Below are positions 50,613 to 59,190 of a stretch of 64,000 bases of DNA, piece by piece. The position numbers and the translations under genes are program-made. The notes beneath the pieces are model-generated. The model saw nothing but the letters and a program-made list of their open reading frames with translations, was not told the DNA's origin and ran no database searches. Every line of letters starts with the position of its first letter. Position 1 is the stretch's first letter. The stretch comes from Candidatus Kerfeldbacteria bacterium (GTDB taxonomy: Bacteria; Patescibacteriota; Patescibacteriia; UBA9570; XYC2-FULL-38-9): positions 129,185 to 193,184 of the forward strand of contig JBDRKW010000020.1 of the NCBI GenBank assembly GCA_043813585.1, given 5' to 3'.

Positions 50613-51058
50613 TACTTGATCTCGTCAGGACTAAACAGCTTTTCGCAATAATGGCACTTCACCTGCATCTCATTATTTTTAAACAAGGGGTAAAATTTAG
50701 GCTGTTCTGGATCCATATTCGTTATGCATTTCGGATTCGGGCACTTGCCGATATTCTCAAACACTTCCGGCAATTCAGCCGTATATTTCTTTACGATCTT
50801 GAAATCGCGAATGATATTGATCGTGGCTTCCGGCGCAATGAGAGCAACTTGGTTGACGTCCTCCGGTGTTAACTCTTTATCCTCGATCTTAATCAGATCT
50901 TTCTTCGCCCGCTTCTTTGATTTGAAATTCGCGCCCATGGTTACAAAATTGCCGCTCTCAATCAGCTTTAACATACGTATCAGACGTATTGCCTGGCCGG
51001 CCGGGATATGATCAATAACCGTTCCGTTCTTGATTGTAAATACTTTAAATGCTCGCAT
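50612..51058 (-). CDS. pyrI: Aspartate carbamoyltransferase regulatory subunit
   Basis: IKNGTVIDHI, KKDLIKIE, CPNPKCITN...CHYCEK zinc site. Confidence 0.96.
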   Translation of the reverse strand: MRAFKVFTIKNGTVIDHIPAGQAIRLIRMLKLIESGNFVTMGANFKSKKRAKKDLIKIEDKELTPEDVNQVALIAPEATINIIRDFKIVKKYTAELPEVFENIGKCPNPKCITNMDPEQPKFYPLFKNNEMQVKCHYCEKLFSPDEIK

Positions 51059-51063
51059 AGTGG

Positions 51064-51981
51064 TTATTTTACTTTGCCTAATACTAATGAAAGAACCGCC
51101 TGACGGGCAAAGAGACCGTTCTCAGCCTGTTGAAAATAGTATGCGTATTTCGTATTATCGACAGCCGGATCAATTTCATTGACGCGCGGCAGCGGATGCA
51201 TCACTTTCATATTCGGCTTTACTTTCTCCAGCATGTCCGTTGATAAAACATAAACATTTTTTACGCGTTCATATTCTAACGGATCCGGGAATCGTTCTTT
51301 CTGAATGCGCGTCATATAGATGATATCAACCTTATTGATGACGCTTTCAATTTTGTCATGAAGGCTAAATTTAATGTTGCGCTCCTTCAGATACTGCTGG
51401 ATATGCATTGGCATCTGGAGTGCATCCGGTGCAACAAAATAGAGCCGCGCATCGTAATGCGCCAGCGCCTGCGCCAGCGAATGCGTCGTGCGTCCGAATT
51501 TCAAATCGCCTACCAACGCGATTGAGAGGCCTGTCAGTTTTTTCTGCGACTCTTTAATGCTAAATAAATCCAACAGCGTTTGCGTCGGATGCTGATTTGC
51601 CCCATCTCCGCCGTTAATAACCGGTTTGTCGGTCGCTTCCGCAGCCAGCCGTGCCGAACCTTCAGCCGGGTGCCGCATGGCAATCACGTCTGCATACAAC
51701 CCAATATTCTTGATAGAATCATGCAGTGATTCACCTTTTGCAGTTGATGAAACGCCTGCTTCGGCAAAACCGATAATGCTCATACCTAACCGTTCCGCAG
51801 CCGTTTCAAACGACAAACGCGTTCGTGTCGACGGTTCGTAGAACAGGCTTGCCATCACATAGTCCTTTAAGAGTGACGGCTTTGGAGCCTTTTTCATTTT
51901 TTCCGCTACCTGCAGGATATGGTTAATTTCCTGTTTCGTCAGGTCCGTAATGGAAATGATGTCTCTTCCCTTGAAATTCAT
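51064..51981 (-). CDS. pyrB: Aspartate carbamoyltransferase catalytic subunit
   Basis: FYEPSTRTRLSF, KGESL.D, HPTQTLLD, RIQKERF, HPLPR. Confidence 0.97.
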   Translation of the reverse strand: MNFKGRDIISITDLTKQEINHILQVAEKMKKAPKPSLLKDYVMASLFYEPSTRTRLSFETAAERLGMSIIGFAEAGVSSTAKGESLHDSIKNIGLYADVIAMRHPAEGSARLAAEATDKPVINGGDGANQHPTQTLLDLFSIKESQKKLTGLSIALVGDLKFGRTTHSLAQALAHYDARLYFVAPDALQMPMHIQQYLKERNIKFSLHDKIESVINKVDIIYMTRIQKERFPDPLEYERVKNVYVLSTDMLEKVKPNMKVMHPLPRVNEIDPAVDNTKYAYYFQQAENGLFARQAVLSLVLGKVK

Positions 51982-52054
51982 ACTATTACAATGTGTTAAT
52001 AATCGAATGGTCCGCGTCTATTGTACAATTTCTAACGCTGATGCACAACATATT

Positions 52055-55000
52055 CTAAGAAGATTTCTCATACTCGTTCCAGGATTTGGGCTCCAGTGCA
52101 ATTTCGCCCTTTTTTAGGCGATAAAATGCCTGAATAAACGTCTTTGCCAACTGCGCGTTTGAGATCATTGCGACGTTATGGTCAATAGCCATTCTCCGAA
52201 TCTGATAACCGTCAGTAACCGTCTTTCGGTTGTAATGGCGCGGAATATTAATAATAAAGTCAATCTGCCCCTGTTCCAGATATTGAAGTACATTCGGCTG
52301 CTTTTTTTGCGATACCTTATACAACGACTTCACCGGAATCCGCTCTTTTTCTCTCAAATATGCGGCCGTATGCTCGGTGGCTAAAATATTAAAACCGAGT
52401 TCATGCAGCTGTCGAATATATTTTGACAAGCGCGCTTTCTGCTCTTCCGGCCCGATTGCAACTAAAATATTCTTTTTCGGCAACCGGAGGTCTGCCGCCA
52501 TGAGCGCCTTTAAAACGGCTTCATGGTATGAATCACCAAAACACGCGACCTCTCCGGTGGAACCCATTTCGACATAGAGAACCGGATCCGCGCCCTTGAT
52601 GCGCGAATATGAGAACTGGGGCGCCTTCACCGCCACATAATCCAAATCAAGCGTGTTGTATTCGCCGCGAATATCTTCACCGAGCATGGACTTGGTTGCC
52701 ATCTCGATAAAATTGTACTTTGTCGCTTTGGATACGAACGGAAAGCTGCGCGATGCCCGCAAGTTCAGCTCAATAACACGCAGCGTGTTTCCCTTGGCTA
52801 GAAACTGAATATTGAACGGCCCGGTGATCTGGAGCTCCTGTAGAATATTTTTCGTTATGCGCTTGATCTTACGAATCGTTTCCAAATAGGTTTTCTGCGG
52901 AGGCGTGACGACCGTTGCATCGCCTGAATGCACTCCCGCGTTTTCAATATGTTCCGTGAATGCGTAAATGACCAGCTCGCCGTTCTGCGCAACTCCATCA
53001 ATTTCCACTTCCCGGGCATCCTTGATGAACTTTGAAATAACTACGGGATGATCCTTTGATACCAGCGATGCTTCTTCCAGGTACTGCGTTAGCCCTTCTT
53101 CATTAAACGCTATATTCATTGCGGCGCCGGAGAGCACATACGACGGCCGTATCAGTACGGGATATTCTGCCTTTTTCGCAAATGCAACGGCCTGGCTCAT
53201 TGTCGTCAGCTCGCGCCATTCAGGCTGCTCAACGCCCAAATCATCAAGCAGCGATGAAAATTTATTCCGGTCTTCCGCCTGGTCAATATGCTCTGCTGAC
53301 GTGCCAAGTATCTTTACTCCGGCTTCATGCAGCGGAATCGCAAGATTATTCGGCGTCTGGCCTCCCATGGAAACGATAACGCCGTGAGGCGATTCAAAAT
53401 CATGGATATCCATCACGCGCTCCCATGACAATTCCTCAAAATATAACCGGTCGCACGTGTCATAGTCCGTTGACACTGTTTCAGGGTTGCAGTTGATCAT
53501 CACGGTCTGAAAGCCCTTGATCGACGCGGTCTTCACCGCCTCAACACAGCACCAGTCAAACTCCACTGACGAACCGATGCGGTAGGGGCCGCTCCCGAGC
53601 ACGGCAACTGATTTTCTTCCTTTCCGAATGTCGTTCTCAGACCCGTTGTACGTCATGTACAGGTAATTTGTCTGCGAAGGGAACTCACCGGCAAGCGTAT
53701 CGATCTGCTTCACGACGGGCATGACGCCCATTTTCTTTCTGCGCGCCCGGATCGCCCGTTCTGTCGACCCGCGAAGATCCGCAATCTGCTTGTCGGAAAA
53801 ACCGAATTGCTTTGCTTCGCGCATAATGGAAGGGGTGAGCTTTTTTGCTCGTTTGATGTTTTTCTCAAAACGCACAATACGAAACAACTTCTCTAAAAAC
53901 CATCTGTCGATCTTTGTCTCCCTATGTAGCTCCTCTGCAGTTTTCCCGGACCGCATTGCCATGCAGAGTGCGAACAACCGACGGTCTGTCGGGTGCATAA
54001 TTTCATCCTGAACATCATCAATCACAATATCCCCGCCAACAACGCCATCCGCGCCAATACTTAACATGCGGGCTGCTTTTTGGATCGCTTCTTCAAATGT
54101 CCGGCCGATTGCCATGACCTCGCCGACGCTCTTCATCTCTGACCCGATGCGGCGGCTGGCCGCCTTGAACTTTGTTAAATCCCAGCGTGGAATTTTGATC
54201 GCGACATAATCCAACGCCGGCTCAAAACAGGCCTGCGTCTTGCCTGTAATAGTATTCTGAACATCTAGCATGCTATATCCTAACGAAAGTTTCGCTGCCA
54301 CCCAGGCCAGCGGATAGCCGGTTGCCTTTGATGCCAGCGCGGATGAACGCGACAGCCGCGCATTCACCTCAATAACGCGGTACTCGCCGTTTTTTGGGTT
54401 AAGCGCATATTGAATGTTGCATTCCCCCACTATCCCCAAATGCCGAACGGTCTTTAACGCGATTGTACGCAGCCCGTGGTACTCCTCGTTCGTCAATGTT
54501 TGGGATGGCGCAATGACGATGCTCTCACCCGTATGGATCCCCATCGGATCAAAATTTTCCATGTTGCAGACGGTCACGCAATTGTCATACTCGTCACGCA
54601 CCACTTCATATTCAATTTCTTTCCAGCCGCCCAAATATTCTTCCAATAACACCTGCTGCACTGATGAAAAGACTTCCTTCAGCCGCCGTTCGAGCTCCGC
54701 TTCATTTCGTATCATGCCGGAACCCAGACCGCCCAACGAATAGGCGGAACGTATCATTAATGGGTATCCAAGCTCTCTGCCGGCTTCTTTTGCTTCGCCG
54801 ATAGTTCGAACTGCGAAACTCCTTGCCGTATCCACGTTTATTGTCGAAAGCTGCTTCGCAAAGAGATCGCGATCTTCGGTGTTTTCAATCGCATATGTCG
54901 GCGTTCCCAGCACGCGGACGCCAAATCGCTGTAAAATACCGCGCTTATCAAGTTCCAGGCCGACATTCAACGCGGTCTGGCCGCCAAAGCTCAATAAAAT

Positions 55001-55261
55001 TCCGTCAGGCCGTTCCTTCTCAATAACCTGCCTGACCTCATCCGAACGAACGGGAAGAAAGTACGTCTCATCCGCCATATCTTTATCCGTCTGGACGGTG
55101 GCGATATTCGGGTTGATGAGAACCGTTGCAATTCCCTCTTCTTTCATCGCTTTAATCGCCTGCGATCCGGAGTAATCAAATTCACCGGCCTGGCCGATGC
55201 GCAAACCTCCTGAACCCAGGATCAATACTTTTTTCGGTTTTGAAACAGAAGAGGATGTCAT
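52055..55261 (-). CDS. carB: Carbamoyl-phosphate synthase large subunit
   Basis: IGQAGEFDYSGSQA, two ATP-grasp halves, GSSVEFDW, NCNPETVSTDYD, MGS domain. Confidence 0.97.
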   Translation of the reverse strand: MTSSSVSKPKKVLILGSGGLRIGQAGEFDYSGSQAIKAMKEEGIATVLINPNIATVQTDKDMADETYFLPVRSDEVRQVIEKERPDGILLSFGGQTALNVGLELDKRGILQRFGVRVLGTPTYAIENTEDRDLFAKQLSTINVDTARSFAVRTIGEAKEAGRELGYPLMIRSAYSLGGLGSGMIRNEAELERRLKEVFSSVQQVLLEEYLGGWKEIEYEVVRDEYDNCVTVCNMENFDPMGIHTGESIVIAPSQTLTNEEYHGLRTIALKTVRHLGIVGECNIQYALNPKNGEYRVIEVNARLSRSSALASKATGYPLAWVAAKLSLGYSMLDVQNTITGKTQACFEPALDYVAIKIPRWDLTKFKAASRRIGSEMKSVGEVMAIGRTFEEAIQKAARMLSIGADGVVGGDIVIDDVQDEIMHPTDRRLFALCMAMRSGKTAEELHRETKIDRWFLEKLFRIVRFEKNIKRAKKLTPSIMREAKQFGFSDKQIADLRGSTERAIRARRKKMGVMPVVKQIDTLAGEFPSQTNYLYMTYNGSENDIRKGRKSVAVLGSGPYRIGSSVEFDWCCVEAVKTASIKGFQTVMINCNPETVSTDYDTCDRLYFEELSWERVMDIHDFESPHGVIVSMGGQTPNNLAIPLHEAGVKILGTSAEHIDQAEDRNKFSSLLDDLGVEQPEWRELTTMSQAVAFAKKAEYPVLIRPSYVLSGAAMNIAFNEEGLTQYLEEASLVSKDHPVVISKFIKDAREVEIDGVAQNGELVIYAFTEHIENAGVHSGDATVVTPPQKTYLETIRKIKRITKNILQELQITGPFNIQFLAKGNTLRVIELNLRASRSFPFVSKATKYNFIEMATKSMLGEDIRGEYNTLDLDYVAVKAPQFSYSRIKGADPVLYVEMGSTGEVACFGDSYHEAVLKALMAADLRLPKKNILVAIGPEEQKARLSKYIRQLHELGFNILATEHTAAYLREKERIPVKSLYKVSQKKQPNVLQYLEQGQIDFIINIPRHYNRKTVTDGYQIRRMAIDHNVAMISNAQLAKTFIQAFYRLKKGEIALEPKSWNEYEKSS

Positions 55262-56328
55262 TGTTTCTTGACCAGTGAGATAAAATCATCAAACAGGTAC
55301 TCCGTATCTTCCGGGCCCGGGTTTGCCTCGGGATGAAACTGCACGGAAAAATGCGGTTTGCTCGCATGGCGAATTCCTTCAACTGTGCCGTCATTTGCAT
55401 TGGTGAACCATACATGCCACCACTTTGGCATGGTTGACTCGCGGACGGCAAAACCATGGTTCTGCGTAGTGAGGTAGCAGCGTCCGCTCATTCGGTCAAC
55501 GCATGGCTGGTTTTGCGACCGATGCCCGTATTTTAGCTTGTACGTCTTCGCTCCTGCTGCCAATCCGAGAATCTGCGAACCAAGGCATATCCCAAATATT
55601 GGCTTGGGCGAGTGTAATACTGTTTTCAGATGCGCTATCGTTGCATCAGCCATCTGCGGGTCTCCCGGTCCGTTTGAAATAAATAATCCATCCCAATCTT
55701 CATTGGTGAAATCATAATCCCATGGAACGCGCTTCACAGTTACGCCGCGTTCTGTCAATTTTCGTAAAATGCTCAATTTCATGCCACAATCAACAGCAAT
55801 CACTTTCTTTTTACCGCTACCGTACGTTATTGAACGGGCAGGGCTCACTTCTGCGACTAAATTTCGCTCATTCGGATCAGCAATGTACTTTTTTCCGCGC
55901 GAAGAACCAACCACAATCTGCCCGAGCATGACACCGTGTTCCCGTAGTTTCTTTGTCACTGCCCTCGTATCAATACCGTAAATCGCAGGAACGGAAGATT
56001 CATCCAGCCATTCATGCAGTGACTTTATCGCACCTGCATGTGAATAATCATCTGAATAATACTGGACGATCAAACCCTGGATTTTAACGCCGTCTGATTC
56101 AAACGGGCCCTTAGAAACGCCGTAGTTCCCCACAATTGGATAGGTCATCACTAGAATCTGGTCCTTGAACGACGGGTCGGTAAATGCTTCCGGATACCCG
56201 ACCATGCCGGTCCCGAAGACGATCTCTCCCTGTGTATTGGTCGCCGATCCGAAAGAATATCCCTCAAATCGCGTCCCGTCCTCAAGTACGAGCGCCGCGC
56301 GTATTCTGTTATTCACACCATTCGTCAT
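55258..56328 (-). CDS. carA: Carbamoyl-phosphate synthase small subunit
   Basis: LEDGT, TGMVGY.E..TDPS, SNGPGDP, GICLG, QFHPEA.PGP. Confidence 0.97.
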   Translation of the reverse strand: MTNGVNNRIRAALVLEDGTRFEGYSFGSATNTQGEIVFGTGMVGYPEAFTDPSFKDQILVMTYPIVGNYGVSKGPFESDGVKIQGLIVQYYSDDYSHAGAIKSLHEWLDESSVPAIYGIDTRAVTKKLREHGVMLGQIVVGSSRGKKYIADPNERNLVAEVSPARSITYGSGKKKVIAVDCGMKLSILRKLTERGVTVKRVPWDYDFTNEDWDGLFISNGPGDPQMADATIAHLKTVLHSPKPIFGICLGSQILGLAAGAKTYKLKYGHRSQNQPCVDRMSGRCYLTTQNHGFAVRESTMPKWWHVWFTNANDGTVEGIRHASKPHFSVQFHPEANPGPEDTEYLFDDFISLVKKQ

Positions 56329-56332
56329 ATGA

Positions 56333-56358
56333 TAAATAAATATCCCCCGTCAGGGAGA
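56333..56358 (-). terminator. Candidate attenuator hairpin in carA leader
   Basis: Minus strand UCUCCC-UGAC-GGGGGA followed by UAUUUAUUUA, ending a few nt before carA ATG. Confidence 0.45.
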
Positions 56359-56406
56359 CTCAAATACGCTTATATGCTGCATTAATACTGCGTATCGATT
56401 GTTCAT
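56350..56406 (-). CDS. Candidate 18-aa leader peptide (MNNRYAVLMQHISVFESP)
   Basis: ATG about 3 nt after the predicted TSS; TGA stop lies in the hairpin loop. Confidence 0.35.
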   Translation of the reverse strand: MNNRYAVLMQHISVFESP

Positions 56407-56415
56407 GCTGCGCAT

Positions 56416-56444
56416 ACTATACAACAAATGTATCCCTGTTACAA
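56416..56444 (-). promoter_or_regulatory. Sigma70-type promoter of the carAB-pyr cluster
   Basis: Minus strand TTGTAA-N17-TATAGT. Confidence 0.6.
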
Positions 56445-56478
56445 TACTGGATAGAAGATAATATGTGTGGAAAAAAAT

Positions 56479-56565
56479 ATGGGTAAAATAATTATCGCGA
56501 TTCTCGCCATTATTCTCGTTGCAGCCGCCATCGGCGTTCTGATTTTGGGCACGGCAACATCTTAA
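56479..56565 (+). CDS. Candidate 28-aa single-pass membrane micropeptide
   Basis: MGKIIIAILAIILVAAAIGVLILGTATS; extended -10 TGTTACAAT at 56437-56445; below ORF-track cutoff. Confidence 0.45.
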   Translation: MGKIIIAILAIILVAAAIGVLILGTATS

Positions 56566-56620
56566 GCTGCGGCACTGCGATTGAAGAACGCGAGGTGAAC
56601 AACCGCTTTAAAAGATAATT

Positions 56621-58138
56621 CTATTTCTTCAGTTTCTTCTCGAGCAGCTCCGTGGCAATCTCCGGATTGACCTTGCCTTTGGTCGCTTTCATCACCTGCC
56701 CCACCAAAAACATCAATACTTTTTCTTTGCCTGATTTGTATTCTGCCACAACTTCCGGATTTTTGTTGATGACTCCCTCTACTGCGGCATCAATCTCGTT
56801 GGCGTCGCCCATCTGTTCGAGCTGATGGTCCTGCATAATAAGGCTCGGATCCCCGCCTTCGTCATACATGATTTTCAGGATATGCTGGCCGGCTGACGAG
56901 TTAATGCGCTTTTCAAACACGAGCGTCAGCAGCTCGGCAAAATTTTCTGCGGTGAACGGGACTGAAGAAAAATCTTCACCCGCTTTTTTTAGCAGGCCGA
57001 ATAATTCAGATGTCAGCCATGAAAAGGTCATTCTGCCCAATTTGCTGCGGTACTTCTTCCAGATCTCGTCATCTGAACCCGGTTCATCTTCCAGCGAATA
57101 AAGCCACGCCCGGAGTTCCGACATGGTGCGTTCAAAAAACTCGCCAACTGCAGGATCTTCGGTCAGAAGCTTGGCGTCATGATAACTCAACGCATATTCA
57201 TCCTTAAACCGGATTCGGCGCACATAGGGCAGTTCGGGCAGCTTTGCAAGAAGCGACCTGATCTCTTCATCCGAGCGATGCAGCGGCGGCAAGTCGGGTT
57301 CCGGAAAATAGCGATAATCAGCCGCCTCTTCTTTTGTGCGCTGCTCCACTGTAATGCCGCGCTTATCATCCCAACCGCGCGTCGTAATCTGTTCCGGCGC
57401 CTTGTGGTCTTCCCATAATGCGGTCTGCCTTTCAATTTCATACTCCAGCGCCCGTTCTATCGACCGGAACGAATTCATGTTCTTTATTTCCGTCTTTGGA
57501 TACAACGCAGTGTCGCCGATCGGCCGCAATGAAATATTAGCATCACACCGCAGATGCCCTTTTTCCATGTCCGCATGTGAAGCGCCGATATAGCGGGCGA
57601 CCTGCTGAAGCTCCTGCACGAACGCTTTTGCCTCGCCGGCGGAACGAATATCCGGTTGCGTGACCAATTCCACTAATGGAGCTCCTGCACGGTTAAAGTC
57701 GATCAGCGTCTGCCCTTCCGTATCATGACGCGATTTTGCCGCATCTTCTTCCAGATGGAGCCGCTCAATGCGAATGCGCTTCGGCTCCATGTCATCCGCA
57801 TACAGCTCGTAGTAGCCATTGGTCGCAATCGGCATATCGTATTGCGAAATTTGGTAGCCCTTGGGCAAGTCGGGATAAAAATAATTCTTGCGGTCGAACT
57901 TCGTCTCTTTTGTAATCTCACAGGACAACGCAAGCGCAAGCATGGTTCCAAGGCGCACCGCTTCATCGTTTAACTGCGGCAACGTTCCTGGATGCCCCAT
58001 GCAAATCGGACAGATATGTTCATTTGGAATCTCGCTGTCCTTATTCCCCGAACCACAATACATCTTCGACTGTGTCTTAAGGCGAATATGTATTTCGAGT
58101 CCGATTACTGCTTCGTATTGGTCCTTTTTTTCTGCCAT
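56621..58138 (-). CDS. gatB: Asp/Glu-tRNA amidotransferase subunit B
   Basis: VIGLEIH, FDRKNYFYPDLPKGYQISQ, HLEEDAAK, LRCDANIS, YRYFPEPDL, GQVMK. Confidence 0.97.
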   Translation of the reverse strand: MAEKKDQYEAVIGLEIHIRLKTQSKMYCGSGNKDSEIPNEHICPICMGHPGTLPQLNDEAVRLGTMLALALSCEITKETKFDRKNYFYPDLPKGYQISQYDMPIATNGYYELYADDMEPKRIRIERLHLEEDAAKSRHDTEGQTLIDFNRAGAPLVELVTQPDIRSAGEAKAFVQELQQVARYIGASHADMEKGHLRCDANISLRPIGDTALYPKTEIKNMNSFRSIERALEYEIERQTALWEDHKAPEQITTRGWDDKRGITVEQRTKEEAADYRYFPEPDLPPLHRSDEEIRSLLAKLPELPYVRRIRFKDEYALSYHDAKLLTEDPAVGEFFERTMSELRAWLYSLEDEPGSDDEIWKKYRSKLGRMTFSWLTSELFGLLKKAGEDFSSVPFTAENFAELLTLVFEKRINSSAGQHILKIMYDEGGDPSLIMQDHQLEQMGDANEIDAAVEGVINKNPEVVAEYKSGKEKVLMFLVGQVMKATKGKVNPEIATELLEKKLKK

Positions 58139-58141
58139 AGA

Positions 58142-58564
58142 TTATAAACCGGTACTTCCAAAACCGCCTTCGCCGCGATCTGTCGCATCCAGCGCGTCAA
58201 CGAGTTCAACGGACGGCGAAACGACGGGTTGAATAAGAATTTGGGCAATCTTCTGATGCTTTTCAATGACAACCGGCTCCTGTCCCAGGTTATTGAGGAC
58301 AATCTTCACTTCCCCCCTATACCCCTCATCAATAACTCCTGCCATGGTCTTTAATCCTTCTTTCACGGCGCGTCCGCTTTTATCCCACACCAATGCCACA
58401 TGGCCGGTAGGAATCTGCATGGCAATACCTGTCGGGACTGCGTGACGCTGACCGGGCTGTAAGGTGACTTCTTCGAGTGCGAAAATATCCATGCCCGCAT
58501 CGCCTTGGTGAGCATATTCAGGAATCTTGGCGTTTTCATGCAGCTTCTGAACCTTTACCGTCAT
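58142..58564 (-). CDS. dut: Trimeric dUTPase
   Basis: DAGMD, VPTG, KSG, GVIDEGYRGE, AQ, RGEGGFGSTG. Confidence 0.95.
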   Translation of the reverse strand: MTVKVQKLHENAKIPEYAHQGDAGMDIFALEEVTLQPGQRHAVPTGIAMQIPTGHVALVWDKSGRAVKEGLKTMAGVIDEGYRGEVKIVLNNLGQEPVVIEKHQKIAQILIQPVVSPSVELVDALDATDRGEGGFGSTGL

Positions 58565-59190
58565 TTCTTTATTTGATTCATGATTAAATCAATGATCTTT
58601 TCTTCATTTTCCTCTTTTGGTCCGTCGGTCGACAATATTTCCCAATTGTCGTTTTCCTCAGCCAGCTTCAGAAAATACACGCGAACCTTTTTATGGAATT
58701 CCAACTCTTCTTTATCCATCCGGTTCAGCTCTTCCGGGCCCTCTTCTTTGCGCTGAATGCCGGTTTCCGGATCAATATCAAGATACAACACCATATCAGG
58801 ATCTAGTCCATTGCGCGCATACGCATCCATTTCTTGGATCAGCTCGGTTTCTCTCAGTTCGCGTCCGCCGAGCTGGTAGGCAAATGTCGAACCTGAAAAC
58901 CGATCGCACAACACAACTTTCCCTTCTTCCAATGCAGGCCTGATGACCTCTTCAACATGCTGCGCCCGATCTGCCAGGAATAAAAACAGCTCCGTTCTTG
59001 GGAATACGGAGTGTTTATTTTCATAAAGAATTGCCTTACGGATTACTTTTCCCACTTCTGAACCGCCTGGTTCGTGCGTTTCCAATACGTCATAACCTTC
59101 ATTTCGAAGATACTCTGCAAGCGCCGAAGCATGGCGGGTTTTCCCGCTTCCCTCTCCCCCTTCAAACACGATAAACGTTCCTTTTTTCAT
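58561..59190 (-). CDS. tmk: Thymidylate kinase
   Basis: FIVFEGGEGSGKT, HEPGG, LFLADRAQH, CDRF..ST.AYQ. Confidence 0.96.
   Translation of the reverse strand: MKKGTFIVFEGGEGSGKTRHASALAEYLRNEGYDVLETHEPGGSEVGKVIRKAILYENKHSVFPRTELFLFLADRAQHVEEVIRPALEEGKVVLCDRFSGSTFAYQLGGRELRETELIQEMDAYARNGLDPDMVLYLDIDPETGIQRKEEGPEELNRMDKEELEFHKKVRVYFLKLAEENDNWEILSTDGPKEENEEKIIDLIMNQIKK

Noticed and set aside
56329-56620. PyrR-binding attenuator
   Set aside because: No ARUCCNGNGAGGYU consensus was found, and no pyrR gene is in the window.
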